DNA of 35,854 nucleotides from Folioceros fuciformis (taxonomy: Eukaryota). Each line of letters opens with the position of its first letter. Within the stretch, counting starts at the first letter, position 1. Location of the stretch: contig JBNGIO010005637.1 in NCBI GenBank assembly GCA_049999805.1, forward strand, positions 1 to 35,854, given 5' to 3'. Under the pieces are notes generated by a model. It was not told the origin of the DNA, ran no database searches, and worked only from the letters and a program-made list of their open reading frames with translations. Below are positions 11,005-22,702 of this stretch, in pieces. Made by a program: the position numbers and the translations under genes.

Positions 11005-13117
11005 GGGGATCTTATGGAACAATGGGAAGTGGGCATCTTTCAGTTCCCCTGGGGCATCAACTTCCGGCTACCGTCCGGGAATTTGCCCGGACCATGTTAC
11101 AATGTGCTCATGAGAAGCCTGCCTTCTCCAAAGTCCGGGACAATGTCACTCTATGAATTGTCTAGATGATGCGCGAGGTATATCGACGACCAGCGGAGGA
11201 GAATGGCGGGCTCTATCTTAATTCCCAACGCAACAAGGACCTGGTGAAGGAGGTAGCGGCAGCGCTCTTGTTAGAGGACTTTGCCAAAACCACCAACGGG
11301 TGGTTGATTCATGACCTCACAGACCCTCGGATAAGGGGAGTGACCCGTCTCATCGTCAATTGGTTGTTGGTGATGAAGACCGATCACATAGCGCATGGAG
11401 TACTCTTACTCCTTTACATGCTAGCACAGGGCACCCCAGTCGACTGGGGTAAAGTGGTGGCACATCGAATTCAATCTGATGTTAGAAAGCTCATGCAAGA
11501 GAAGCCACCTGCTTCAGGACTTTCATCTTTCCTTTTCCATATTTGGGACCACTACAAGGTCCTAACGGATTTGGAAAAGGCATCCCTGGCCCGGTTACCT
11601 CTTGCCTCGACCCCTTATGTCGTTGTTTCTCCACCAGCCCCAAGGAAGAAGGTTTAGGCACCGGCTACTCGGCCCAAGGCTATCCCTACCGCCCCAGTGC
11701 CTCTACTAGTTTCGAAGCCCTCCAAAGATAGCGGCGAGGCAGCTCAAGTTGAAGGATCGCTAAGGGAGCCATATGATGAAGGAGGAGGGGAGTCACATGA
11801 TGAAAGCAGAGAGGAGAAAGCAAGGTCTCTCACACTGTATCTCAATATTGCAAGGCAGCTCAAGAGGGTATTTGTACCCTCTAGAAGAGCTCCTAAGGAG
11901 GCTTCACAAGAAGCTTACAGGAAGCTGCACAAGAAGCTTCCTAAAGATTAGCTTAAGCTAATCTAAACTAATGATACTTAACTAGACACTAATCTTAGAC
12001 TAAACACATTAGTCTAATCACATTGGGCTTTAATAACCCTACACAAGCATCACCCTCGATGGCCTCAGCTCCCAACTCCCCGATCATCCGGCCTTTAAAG
12101 CGGAAGGTGGAGGCACCATTGGTCAAGGTGCCTCAGCTTAAACAGCGGAACATCCGGGCCATGTCCACGGTAGGCAGGCGGATCCCGTTACGGAGTTCTC
12201 CACCACCTACCAGCCCAAAGTCAGAAGACTTCCTGGCTTTGGTGGCTGGAACAGCAGGAGTGCTAAGGATTAGGGAGGAATCGGACCACATGGAGCTGGT
12301 CGGGTTAGTTGCGCAACTTGACTACAATGAGCGGCACATGATTGGACCTTCCGAAGTCAAGTGCCCGCCTTCACCCCACGGTAGGAAGAAGGGGCGAGGC
12401 CTCCGCTCTTCAAGCCCACCACCCACCGGAGTGATACCTCCTCCGGTTCCGGAGTGAGATCGTGCAAAGTCATGGGCAAGTCTGGGAAGAAGAACGGAAG
12501 CAACTAGTGGACCGGACCAACGGATTCCGGACTAAAGCGGAAGAGCTACAAGCCTAGCTAGCGGACTTCGAGACCTAGGAGGACCAACGAGAGGTGGCCT
12601 TACTCCGGGCTGAGACGAAGGCTGTGTCTACCTTGCACCTCCGCGAGTTGACCACCATCACCTCCGCCACTCTAGAAGAACTCCGAATGTACATTAGCAC
12701 TGCTGCCGCTCAGCATGCCAACCTACCGGAGGCAAAGTGGCGGCCGGAGTACTGGACCTCCAGAGAATGGTGGTGGATGCCATCCAACAATTGGATGACA
12801 ACCACTCGTTCTTCCACGGCGAGGTTCTCCGCATTCTATCCGAGTTAACGGAGGCTGTGGTAGCTACACCGACTCCTGCACCTCCTGTTGGCGAATGGAC
12901 AACACCTAGCAGTCTGGAGCATCCAACCGCCGAACCCATCTCCCCAGACCTTAAACTACTAGTCCAATTTCTACAAGCTGGCTCCGCCAATCTACCTATC
13001 ACAATTGGTGGGGCGAAATCTTTGCCCAGTCCCACCTCCCTGACAAAAATGTTGCTTGCACCATCCTCTCCCGGTCCTATCCCGCCTACACCGCCGCCAG
13101 CCCATTCAGGTCCGTAG
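11005..13117 (+). pseudogene. Decayed retroelement accessory ORF (hydrophobic helical domain, then Pro/Ser-rich and helical segments), split by a solo LTR
   Basis: Chain of + strand ORF fragments (11166-11657, 12044-12457, 12594-12848, 12737-13117). The motif GTPVDWGKVVAHRI...SSFLFHIW resembles extra ORFs of plant Ty3/Gypsy elements; this is by eye, no search was run. Confidence 0.5.
11750..12043 (-). mobile_element. Solo LTR (294 bp) of the Copia 2 family
   Basis: Alignable end to end with 10726-11004; TG...CA ends; 5-bp TSD CAAGT (11745-11749) / CAAGC (12044-12048); no PBS or PPT alongside. Confidence 0.9.
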
Positions 13118-16100
13118 GCAGTAGGCTTTTGGTAGGACTAGCCCGCCCGGCTCTTAGAATAGGTGGCGCCCCTTTTTGGTATCTATGATTGTTGCCTGGT
13201 CTGCGGCCCTGATTTGTTGTAAAAGCCGGACTTGCTATTGTAGCATGGGCCTCGGTTCGTTTCTTCCTTCCCCCGTGCCTCTCCCATCGCTCCCTTCTAC
13301 TATATCCGCTATTTCCCCCTCTCGCTCACTAGAGGACCAACGTACCAAGGTGCCCTGTCTTCCTGTCCCGATAAGAAGTCCCGGAGCTATCTCCATACGC
13401 TGTCTCTCTCAAGCCTTGCAAGTCCAATCCTTGTGTGCAAGAAATGTAGAAGAACTACGATGTTCGGGAGTTGGACTCGACGACCCAGACTACAGCAACC
13501 AGGCTAATTGGGCCAAACATGGTAAGAGACCGTAGTGTCTCGCCTTCCGGATCGCCTTCCGTGATGCAGTAAGATGTTGTTGAGTACCCTCGACCTCACT
13601 CCACTCCTGCCAGATCCAACCCTCTCCTCTGCTCAACCTCGCTCCCCTTTCTCCCACACCCCACCCCGTGGTGGTTGTATTGCTATTGCGCCGACTTTGC
13701 GGGTGGACTAGGTTGACAAGTTGGACAACTCCTCCATTGCACCTTATCCACTATGCCTTTCCTACATCCGCCCTCCTATGCCATTCCAATCGACTCTGCT
13801 TACCTGCGAAGGTAGTGATCTAGAGTAGTCTTCCCGCCAAGCAGACTCCCATTGGGTAGGCTCCCCTACCCTCTCAGTTGGGTTGAGCTCGGTGCACTTG
13901 CCAGCGCCCTTTGGTCGGGTGAGCTTGGTGTGCCGGCCTGCGCCCCTAGGATGGGATGAGCTCGGCGCCTCCTCGTGCCCACCTACTGCCTCATCCTTGC
14001 AGCCAAGTTGCGCTCATGCCCTCTTTGCCGGCCTTGCTCCTCACGATCAGGCTGATGCGAGCTCACGATTCACGACTAGACTGAGGTAGAAATGCGGCGT
14101 GCATTCCTCTTTGAACCCATGCTCCTAGTGGTCTCCATAGGCCTGATTTTCTACCAACAATAGGCAAATTAGCCCTGCTTACGGCTTGTGGATTGAAGTA
14201 TGTTCGTGCACCTCTGGTATGCTGAGACCTACCTCTAACTCTCTCCTTTAGTACTTGGAATCTTTTTTTCCTTACAAAATCTTGGCTCCATTTTAGCAAC
14301 TTGTGTTTTGCAACAAGACTATAGAGTTGAGCTTCCAAGCTCAATCTAGCCTTTCAGCAACTCATATTCTCTGAACAAGCTTGCCTAGGAGATGTAAGCT
14401 TGTAAAAGTCAAGCATTTGTTTCCTTTAGATACCACAAAATCTCCTGCACTTACATCCACACTTCTCAGAGCTATAGCTTGGCTTCTCCAATCTTTAATC
14501 GGGTCATATGATCTTGCAGACAGCGCACACGCATACCTCAAGTAAATTTCTAATAAAAGAATGCTAACACCGTGTCGGTAAAAATAACAAACCTGAAAAG
14601 GTTTTTTTAAATCCCAACTCTTGGAAAATTCTGCTTTAGTCCGAAAATAGCATTGGATCGGTGGTACAGCTTCAAACCAGTGTAGTTCTTCGGACCTGGT
14701 ACGTTGTGACACGGAATTGGATCCATATGCCAGAACCCGGAGTACAACTCGAATCGGGCTACGCACTCGAGATCGGGTTGACGAAATACGGCTAGACCTA
14801 AAGTCGGGAGCAAGCGCTGGATGTCGTCTTACGAACTTCGGCCAGGGAGTGGAGACGTACTAACAGCATCCTCTGGGAAAAAAGCGCGGGTGTTTGGAAG
14901 ACGCCATCGAGTTGTTGGAGGGATCGGCTGCTGATAGAAATTCGGAAGAGGAGGCCGTTTACGCAAGGGTGGAGCTCTACAACTTGGCCGATGTCTAAGG
15001 AGCGAGCAGGTGGCTGGTTCCACAATGTGTGCTGCAATGGGAGGCCCATGCATGCGAGGACGCGCTCAGGCAGGCCCCGACCGAGGGATGGGGGGCCGCT
15101 CTTCCCACTGCTCTGCAACGACACCAAAACCTGGACCCGGTACCTGTCGGCGCTGAAGACGCAACATTGGATGTCCCTCGACACCCGCGAGTGCAATTGG
15201 TTCGACAGCAGGAGCATAGGCGGTGTGCTCCAACCTCCCTCTGATAGTCCTCCACCTTTGCTGCGCAGCGTCGCCTGTCTCTTTCCAAACCCCGCTCTCC
15301 TCATCCCCCGACTTCCCCTGCCTCGTTGTCCCGCAACCGCCCATCAGGAGCTTGTAAGGTTGGAACGCAGCTCGCCTTAGGACCTCAGCTATGGAGCAGA
15401 TCTCGACAGCTAACACCGAAGTGTGTGGGAACTACCTGCGATGCAATTAAAACGGCGGGTTCTTGCACGGCGGTGGAGTGAGCGGGACTGAATCCAGATA
15501 TGTGCCAGTCCTGATAGCCAAAAAAGCCATGCCACCCCATCCCAGGCCCAGAGGCATATCCTGAGCCTGCAATCGGGTCTTGGGCCCGCCTCCTCCCAGC
15601 CATGGCCGAAATTGGGTCCGGAGCGCTTTCTAGCTTGCGCATTTTGGGAGTCTCCGGGTTCAGTAAAATGTACAAATCCAGGTCCAACACTGACGATTCG
15701 CCAGGGTACCACAACGCTGATTCTTCTTCCACCTCTAGGTATTCCAAGGACACCCGACTGGGAAGCTCTGGTCGCTGGTAGTTGTGGAACTGTTCCGTAT
15801 TCCTAGCGCGTAGGTGCAAGCCATTGTGAGCTGGACTGAGGCCCGTTTCTATGTCGAAACTGTTAAAGTCCCGAGGCGACCACTTCTCTTGCCTGTCGTG
15901 TGGGGAAGGCTGTGAACCCAACAACGTGAGGTACCGATTACAAGGCCGCTGCCGTGACCGAGACAGGTCAGGGAGGGAGGGAATCTAGAGAATTTCTTTT
16001 CAGGCCACACCCAATGGTGACAGCGCTGGTGTCTGCCCTGGCTCATTGTGGTAGAGTGAGCCAATGAAGCCAGCATTCAGAAAATCTGGTGGCAGGATTT

Positions 16101-16420
16101 TCCTGGAATGGCTTCGGATTCCTCACCCAAAATAAGGCCCGTGTCACAAGTATAAATCCTGACACACCTCATGTTTGGAGGGTCAATTTGTACCCGGTTC
16201 ACAAGGACTAAATAACCCACACCCTCGCTCTTACGCGGATGCCACGGCAGGGTGTTTTTGGTGGGCCGTTGTTTTCTGACATTTATTATGTACCTTGTAT
16301 GGACAATGGCATAGTAGGTTAATTACTTTTTTATGAATTTTTTTATAATGATATTATCCAACTTGTAAGAAAGGGTGCTTACAAAACTAGCACGAACACA
16401 CCCAAGTGAAGGCAGCTCTC

Positions 16421-16850
16421 TAGAGCGGACAAGAGGAGAGTGTTCGTAGAGCGGACAAGAGGAGAGTGTTCGTAGAGCGGACAAGAGGAGAGTGTTCGTA
16501 GAGCGGACAAGAGGAGAGNNNNNNNNNNNNNNNNNNNNNNNNNNNNNNNNNNNNNNNNNNNNNNNNNNNNNNNNNNNNNNNNNNNNNNNNNNNNNNNNNN
16601 NNNNNNNNNNNNNNNNNNGAGGAGAGTGTTCGTAGAGCGGACAAGAGGAGAGTGTTCGTAGAGCGGACAAGAGGAGAGTGTTCGTAGAGCGGACAAGAGG
16701 AGAGTGCTCGCCTTGATAGGAGGAGAGCGCCCACCTATGAGCCGAAAAGGAGAGTGCCCGCCATTGAGTCGCAAAGGAGAGTGCCCACCATTCAGCCATG
16801 GAGGAGAATGCCCATCGTTGAGCCGCACATAAGAGTGCCCGCCGAAGAGC
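16421..16850. repeat. 26-bp tandem array (TAGAGCGGACAAGAGGAGAGTGTTCG) spanning a gap, decaying into 27-28-bp variants
   Basis: Perfect copies at 16421-16518 and 16619-~16706; degenerate GGAGAGTGCCC units continue to ~16850. Confidence 0.92.
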
Positions 16851-17054
16851 CGTGTCCTTAACTTCGTGTGTGCTGTGTGTAGGGATTTGCCCATCATCGC
16901 CACGCGCTTGTGAGATAATTCCAAGGTATTCAGTAGCAATCAAATTTTTGGATGGCACAACGGGCTCTCTAAAGTTTATGGCTGACCTCGGCTTAACATA
17001 ACAAGCTCTCTATCTCAATAGGTTTGGCAGGTTTCTAGGCTTTTATGTTTGGCT

Positions 17055-18136
17055 ATGGCTGGGCAACAAGGTCATGGTGGTGAGTCTTCACTACAAAGAC
17101 GACCTTCCCAAACTTTTTCAAGTTATCTATTTGGCTTAGGAGGGGAGTCGACAGTTCAAAGCTACAACTTTGAACGGTCCTCTCAGACGTGGAGCCAACC
17201 TCCAAGTCAACAAATATCACAAGGATGCTCCTCTCATGAGCAGCAAGCATTCACAATGCCTCTGCTAGGAAGTGTCATGCTAGGCTCTGGTTTCAAACGG
17301 CCTGCACCAGGCAATGTCATTGAACTAGAAACTGGTTATGAGGTTCCAATTTCACAGGACACTAGCACAGGGGGAAGAAGTTTTAAATGAGCATAGGGGG
17401 AAAAAGCAAAAAACACTTGGAACTTGAAGGGAAGGATTAGGTTCGAAGGACAAGTGGTGGAAGGGGTCCACAATTGGCTGAACACCATACCATCCACTTG
17501 ATCCACCTTAGGGGTTCTATGGAGGAGGATTTCAACAAAGCACCCAAGCAAGGTATCAATGTGTGGAACAAGCTCTACATGAGATTGTGTGCGGTTTACC
17601 CGGATTTCAACAAGGATTCTGAGGCATGTCGTCAAAAGCACAAGAACCTTATGAAGGATTACAGGAAGGACAAAGCCGAGAACGAGACAAGTGGGCATGG
17701 AAGGTCTGATAAATGTAAGTTTTTTGATCTCATAGATGAATACCATGGTAAACGTCCTGTGGTCAATTGCCATGCACATGCCAGCTCCCTTCCTAGGACA
17801 TTTGCTACGCCTGGGGGGCGCTCTATGGACTCTACCATGGGCTCTACTTTTTTGGATGTCACAGATGGTTTGGAGAGTGAACTTAAGCCACCACCAGATG
17901 GTGAGCCCATACACCAGGAATCAGATGGTCAAGCGGTGTTAACATGTGGCCAAAAAGAGAACAAGGCAAGAAAGGGAGACCCAAGACTGGCAACTATGGA
18001 ATAGATGGCCAAGCACACAAAATGCTTATTACAAGAGTACAAGGCAGTTGAAGCGGAGAAGTTGACTTTACTCCAATCCATGAACAACACACTTGGCAAC
18101 TTGGCAACATATTGGATGCACAAACAAAACACATGA
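17055..18136 (+). pseudogene. Harbinger ORF1, Myb/SANT-like (trihelix) DNA-binding protein, disrupted
   Basis: TIHLIHLRGSMEEDF...VWNKLYMRL...EACRQKHKNLMKDYRK...CKFFDLIDE fits the Myb/SANT-like trihelix pattern. Stops at 17388, 17438 and 18002 plus a frameshift near 17400; C-terminal helical tail to TGA 18134-18136. Confidence 0.85.
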
Positions 18137-18514
18137 GCTAGTTTTGGTAGAATTTGCATTTCTAGTTTCTATTGTTCACCTTCGGTCTCAGACTTTGAGC
18201 CAAGGGCTAGTTTTAGAAATTTAAGTGTTTTAGTTTTTATTGTTCACCTTCGTTCTCCGTCTCAAACTCTGGACCCAAAACCTCATTTGCCCGTCTTTTC
18301 AAGCGCAATTAATACAAGCTTTTGGCTAAAGCCCTCCAATGTGCCACACCTTGTCTATAACCAGCCCTTGTATATGGGTTTTGGTTTCCACCTTCGGCAT
18401 GGTCTTCCACATTCACCATATTTTGTCTTTGCCCATGCTTATTATATGCATTGTTGATTTCATACAAAGTCTCTACAGCTGCCTTGAAGCTTCTTGTTGC
18501 AGTAAAGTCCGCCG

Positions 18515-19681
18515 CTAATGATTGCTAGAAGCAGATCTTTGAAGTTCAGGAGTAGCTTGATTGAACCATTTATCCTCAAAGCCATCATTATGCTCCACAC
18601 ACATGTTATGCAATACTAGGCATGCACTAACAATAGAAAGCACATTTTTCAACTTCATATCATTTCTTTTTAGCAAAATACGAAACCTACTTTTTAGCAT
18701 TCAGTATGTCCTTTCCACCACCATTCGAGTACTAGATTGAATAAAATTCCAATTCGCTTCCTTTGGTATAAATCCATCTTTATGCCCAAGGAATGGAGTT
18801 AATAGATATACTTGAGGCCAATAACCTGCATTTCCCACTCAGGCAAACTTATCTAGCGTACCTTCTGCACATCCCTTTCCAATTTCCGACCGCTCCCATA
18901 AGTTCCAATCATTCATGCTACCTGCCCAACTGAAATCATAATCCCAAACCATTCCTTTTGCATTCACTACTAATTGAAGCAAGGAACTATGAAACCCCTT
19001 CCTACAATAATAGTCAGCATGGTACTCTTTTGGTGCTATGATGGGAATATAGCTACCATCTATTGCTCCTATAATATAAAGAATTCCTCTCAATGCCTCA
19101 AACTCAGTTGCATACATCTCCATCTTACTTCTGGATGACCACTGGATATACACATCATGCAAGATAGCCCTAAGAGCATTGCAAAATTGTAATACAATAC
19201 CTTGAACAGTAGATGTACCATACCCATACAGGTAAGCAATAGTGGACAACCTATCCCCATCAGCCAAGCGCATTAAACTAATGGATACTCAAGCATCCAC
19301 TAGGACTGCATCTCTAGTAATTCTATCTTGTTTTTGAAGTATAGGTGCCAACTTCATACAAATGACGTCAAAGGTAGGTCTACTGACACGCTTACTATTC
19401 TTGAACAACTCTGCAGTGTATGTCCCCATAAGGTTGTTGTGGAAGAACGTTTGAGAACGTTGAATGACCCAAAGACACCGGCTATGTGCATGTGAACCCC
19501 TGCTAGTGCCTGCCTCATGGTATTGCAATATATGAACGGTAGTAGAAATACTCACTTGTAAATTCAAAAGCAAAGAATGTGAAGTAGCTTCTAACGCCAT
19601 ATACAACATGATGCCCATCAGAAAAAACACACAAGTTCTGTTCATGGGGATCCATGATAAACCCTCAGTGAAGCCCTCCAC
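18515..19681 (-). pseudogene. Harbinger/PIF DDE transposase (HARBI1/ALP1-like family), disrupted
   Basis: One frame with in-frame stops at 19289, 18839 and 18701. Motifs RVSRPTFDVIC, GAIDGSYIPI, YYCRKGFHS, AGSMND, VGNAGY (third catalytic D changed to N), RMVVERT, LKSRFRIL, ACLVLHNMC. Confidence 0.93.
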
Positions 19682-20149
19682 TCAAAATCCAAGCTCCAAG
19701 CTCCAACCTGCAAGCTACACACCTATAAGAAAAAGAAGCAAATGAAACGCCTTTGGCTGCATAAGCTAGAGCCCTTTATACACCTATATGGGTAAAATGG
19801 TGGGTCCATATGAAAGAGCGTGGGACCATATGTGAAAAAATATACCGGTCTTGTGAAATGAGGAACAAGGAAAACCCCCACTGTGGCCATGCCAGGGGTG
19901 GTATACATTGCCCACTGTGGCGCTGACACGCGCCACATGTGACATGCGCTAAAAATGTACCGGGCTTGTGAAACGGGCCTAAGGGTGAAGGAGCGGACTT
20001 CCCACTCAAGAGGCCACTCCTCATTAAAAGCCTGGCGCGTCGAGACTCCAAAATAGTTGTTGGTGTTGATTAAATAAGTGTGGTGTGGATTTAGATAGGT
20101 GTAAGCATCTTGCATGGTGCTGTAGCTGTGTAAGTAGGTAGCTGCAAAG

Positions 20150-20369
20150 GTAGTTGGAGGGATGCCGAGCGCCGCCAGTAGCAGTGGCCTCTACCCATAA
20201 AATGCTCTCTGCCCAGCACTTAGTAGTTGAAGGGACGCCGAGTGCCGCCCGTAGCGATGGACTCTATCCATAAAATGCTCTCCGCCCAGCACTTAGTAGT
20301 TGAAGGGACGCCGAGTGCCGCCCGTAGCGATGGACTCTATCCATAAAATGCTCTCCGCCCAGCACTTAG
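20150..20369. repeat. 73-bp tandem repeat, 3 copies
   Basis: CAGCACTTAG recurs at 20214, 20287 and 20360; copies 2 and 3 look identical. Confidence 0.92.
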
Positions 20370-20373
20370 CCTG

Positions 20374-20799
20374 GGTTTGGTGCCCTGGAGTGTGTAGTGG
20401 ATGGAGACACTTCTCTCCTTTAGCATCCGCAATCGGTTTGGTGCCCTGGAGTGTGTAGTGGATGGAGACACTTCTCTCCTTTAGTGTCCGCAATCGCTTT
20501 GGTGCCCTGGAGTGTGTAGTGGATGGAGACACTTCTCTCCTTTTGCGTCCACAATCGCTTTGGTACCCTGGAGTGTGTAGTGGATGGAGACACTTCTCTC
20601 CTTAAGCGTCCGCAATCGGTTTGGTGCCCTGGAGTGTGTAGTGGATGGAGACACTTCTCTCCTTCAGCGTCCGCAATCAGTTTGGTGCCCTTGAGTGTGT
20701 AGTGGATGGAGACACTTCTCTCCTTCAGCGTCTGCAATCGGCTTGGTGCCTTGGAGTGTGTAGTGGATGGAGACACTTCTCTCCTTTGGCGTACGCAAT
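20374..20799. repeat. 61-bp tandem repeat, 7 copies
   Basis: GAGACACTTCTCTCC recurs at 20404, 20465, 20526, 20587, 20648, 20709 and 20770. Confidence 0.95.
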
Positions 20800-22702
20800 T
20801 GAGAGTGAAGTGTGTAGTGAGAGTGACTTATAGTTGGTATTTTAAATTGAGTGGTAGAATAGGTAAGTAGATAGCCAATTCCAACATGACACCGGACTCA
20901 TGGGGACGGACTCCGGGAATGCCACTACAACGATCGTGGGTATTGTAGCCTCGACTATGGGATTGACAACCCCACATGGTACCTAGTACTTGGGTGGTCT
21001 TTTAGTTCTCCCTCTCACCCTATCTCCTCCCTTCCTCCTCTCCACCTTTATTTCTACCCTACCCCTTCTTCTCCTCCATTGCTCCTACTTCTATCTTGTT
21101 TTCTCTTCTTCCCTCACCCCTTTTCCTTATTATATTATGTTTTCTGATTTTATTATCTAAATATTTATTATTTATCACAATGCTGTTTATTAGCATAACT
21201 TAATTATTAACTAATTATTATTTACATGCATCTAAGTGACAACACACAATCATGCTTGACACATGGGCAAGGACTTTTCAAGGTTTATTAAAGAGTGCAC
21301 AAAGGTGTATCACAATCACAAGAATAGGGTTCTTCCTCTTTCTTTTGTGGTGACCTTCTTTGGACAACCTATATTCGAAGAGCATTGGCTAATGCGGTTT
21401 TTAGGACAAGCATTGGCAAATGTGGTTTTTAGAACAGGAATAAGTGCAAGTCAGGCGGGTTCTTCAGCATTAATGGTAGGTAAGAATTTATTATTCCACA
21501 TCACGACATTTTGGGAGTAGCAGGCAGTTTTTGAGAATGATGTTCAAAGGGGCAAGTACCCCTTTTGGCCTTGCTTGGGTCGTTCCTCTATCTTCGGAAT
21601 AGATAGAGACTTTCCAAATTTCTTTTTTAATAATAGAAAATAATAGACTTATATAAATTGGTTACAATAAGAAAACCTATGCCCATTGTGAATAGACTTC
21701 ATTTGCACAATCCAAATCTTTGGTATGCCCATTATGTTGGTGCGAAAGGCAGCTCTAACAACCCCAGTGGTAGATAGACCTTTTCTCCTCTTTAGACCAT
21801 ATGTTTTAAGTGCTATTGGTAGTCATTAGATAGTTTTTCTATTTTGTTCTTCTTAAATAAATAATTAACCTATTTCCATGATATTATTGCTAGATATCTA
21901 AAATATCATTAGTATATCTCAAACTATAAATAATAAAAAATAGATTTACAATCACATTACAAGAATGTGACAAGTTTATGCAAGCTTTGAAAGTAGCTTA
22001 TGATCTCAACTTGGAGGCGCTCATGATGCATGCCTGAAGGCACACCATGAACGGATCATAACAAGACCAAACATGTAAGTTTAAGAATAAACATATAATT
22101 CTAAAGTGCAGATACGAGATAGAAAACACTGAAAAGTTTGAGTTTCATCTTCGAAATACCCCATTAAAGAGGTCACTTCGGCTCTACCGGAAGGCCCCGG
22201 TAAACCCATCGCCCGGTGTGCCCAATACATACATATGTGGGTGGGTCGGCCTCGGCTTCCACTACTGCGAGCCGCTGATCTGCCGCCAACGGTGCCAAAT
22301 TTTGTTAGGAGTCTGCGCTGAAGTGTGTATGGTGTACACTCCCGAGCACGGAAGCATCAGATCTTCGTGTTCGTCACAAGTGTCAAATCAGCTGACAAAG
22401 GTACAATGTAAGTGAGGTTTGTGGTAAACGTCTGCAATTCTACTCGCATTTGTTGCACTACAGCTCGTCAGGCAACACTATTACACCAGTTCGCGACTGT
22501 CCCGGAACTGCAGGGTCCGGGTCCTTGGCGGACACTACGAGAAAGAACAATCGCAGCCGTCAGTTTGAAGAACTTATATGTGTTGTGTGGGCAAGGGAAA
22601 CTATATTTGATTGACGAGTCTCCTGAAGGACACGTGATCCAGCTGACCGGCGTTGATGGCATGACCAAGCACGCTGCATAAGCTTGTTGCGTGCCGGGAG
22701 AG

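Larger units (their letters stand above)
16136..19979. mobile_element. PIF/Harbinger DNA transposon, full length, inactivated
   Basis: 15-bp TIRs GGCCCGTGTCACAAG / GGCCCGTTTCACAAG (one mismatch), TAA TSD at 16133-16135 and 19980-19982, convergent Myb/SANT and DDE transposase genes. Confidence 0.95.
14681..20929 (-). mobile_element. Probable large LTR (~2.4 kb once the Harbinger is removed), likely the 5' LTR of a Gypsy-like element
   Basis: 6-bp inverted termini TGTAGT (14681) ... ACTACA (20929). On the - strand it is followed after 1 nt by TGGTTTGAAGC. It carries internal tandem arrays, and the flanks (ACCAG/ACGAT) are not a TSD. No second copy in the window. Confidence 0.5.

Noticed and set aside
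10726-12043. Mini-retroelement (TRIM) formed by the two similar LTRs
   Set aside because: No PBS or PPT between them; the PBS lies outside the pair, and the second copy has its own TSD.
13164-13171. TGGCGCCC as a tRNA-Lys-type PBS
   Set aside because: The match stops after 8 nt and is not preceded by an LTR end (CA).
14798-16076. Cluster of overlapping ORFs on both strands
   Set aside because: GC-rich sequence open in several frames with no recognisable motifs; best explained as non-coding LTR sequence.
14705-16148. Apparent solo LTR bounded by TGTGACACGG...CCGTGTCACA
   Set aside because: The right-hand motif is part of the Harbinger left TIR (16136-16150), which has a matching right TIR and TAA TSD. 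There is no clean TSD for the LTR reading.
20374-20799. CRISPR-like array (conserved core plus variable part)
   Set aside because: The variable parts are point variants of one sequence, not unique spacers. No cas genes, and the context is eukaryotic.
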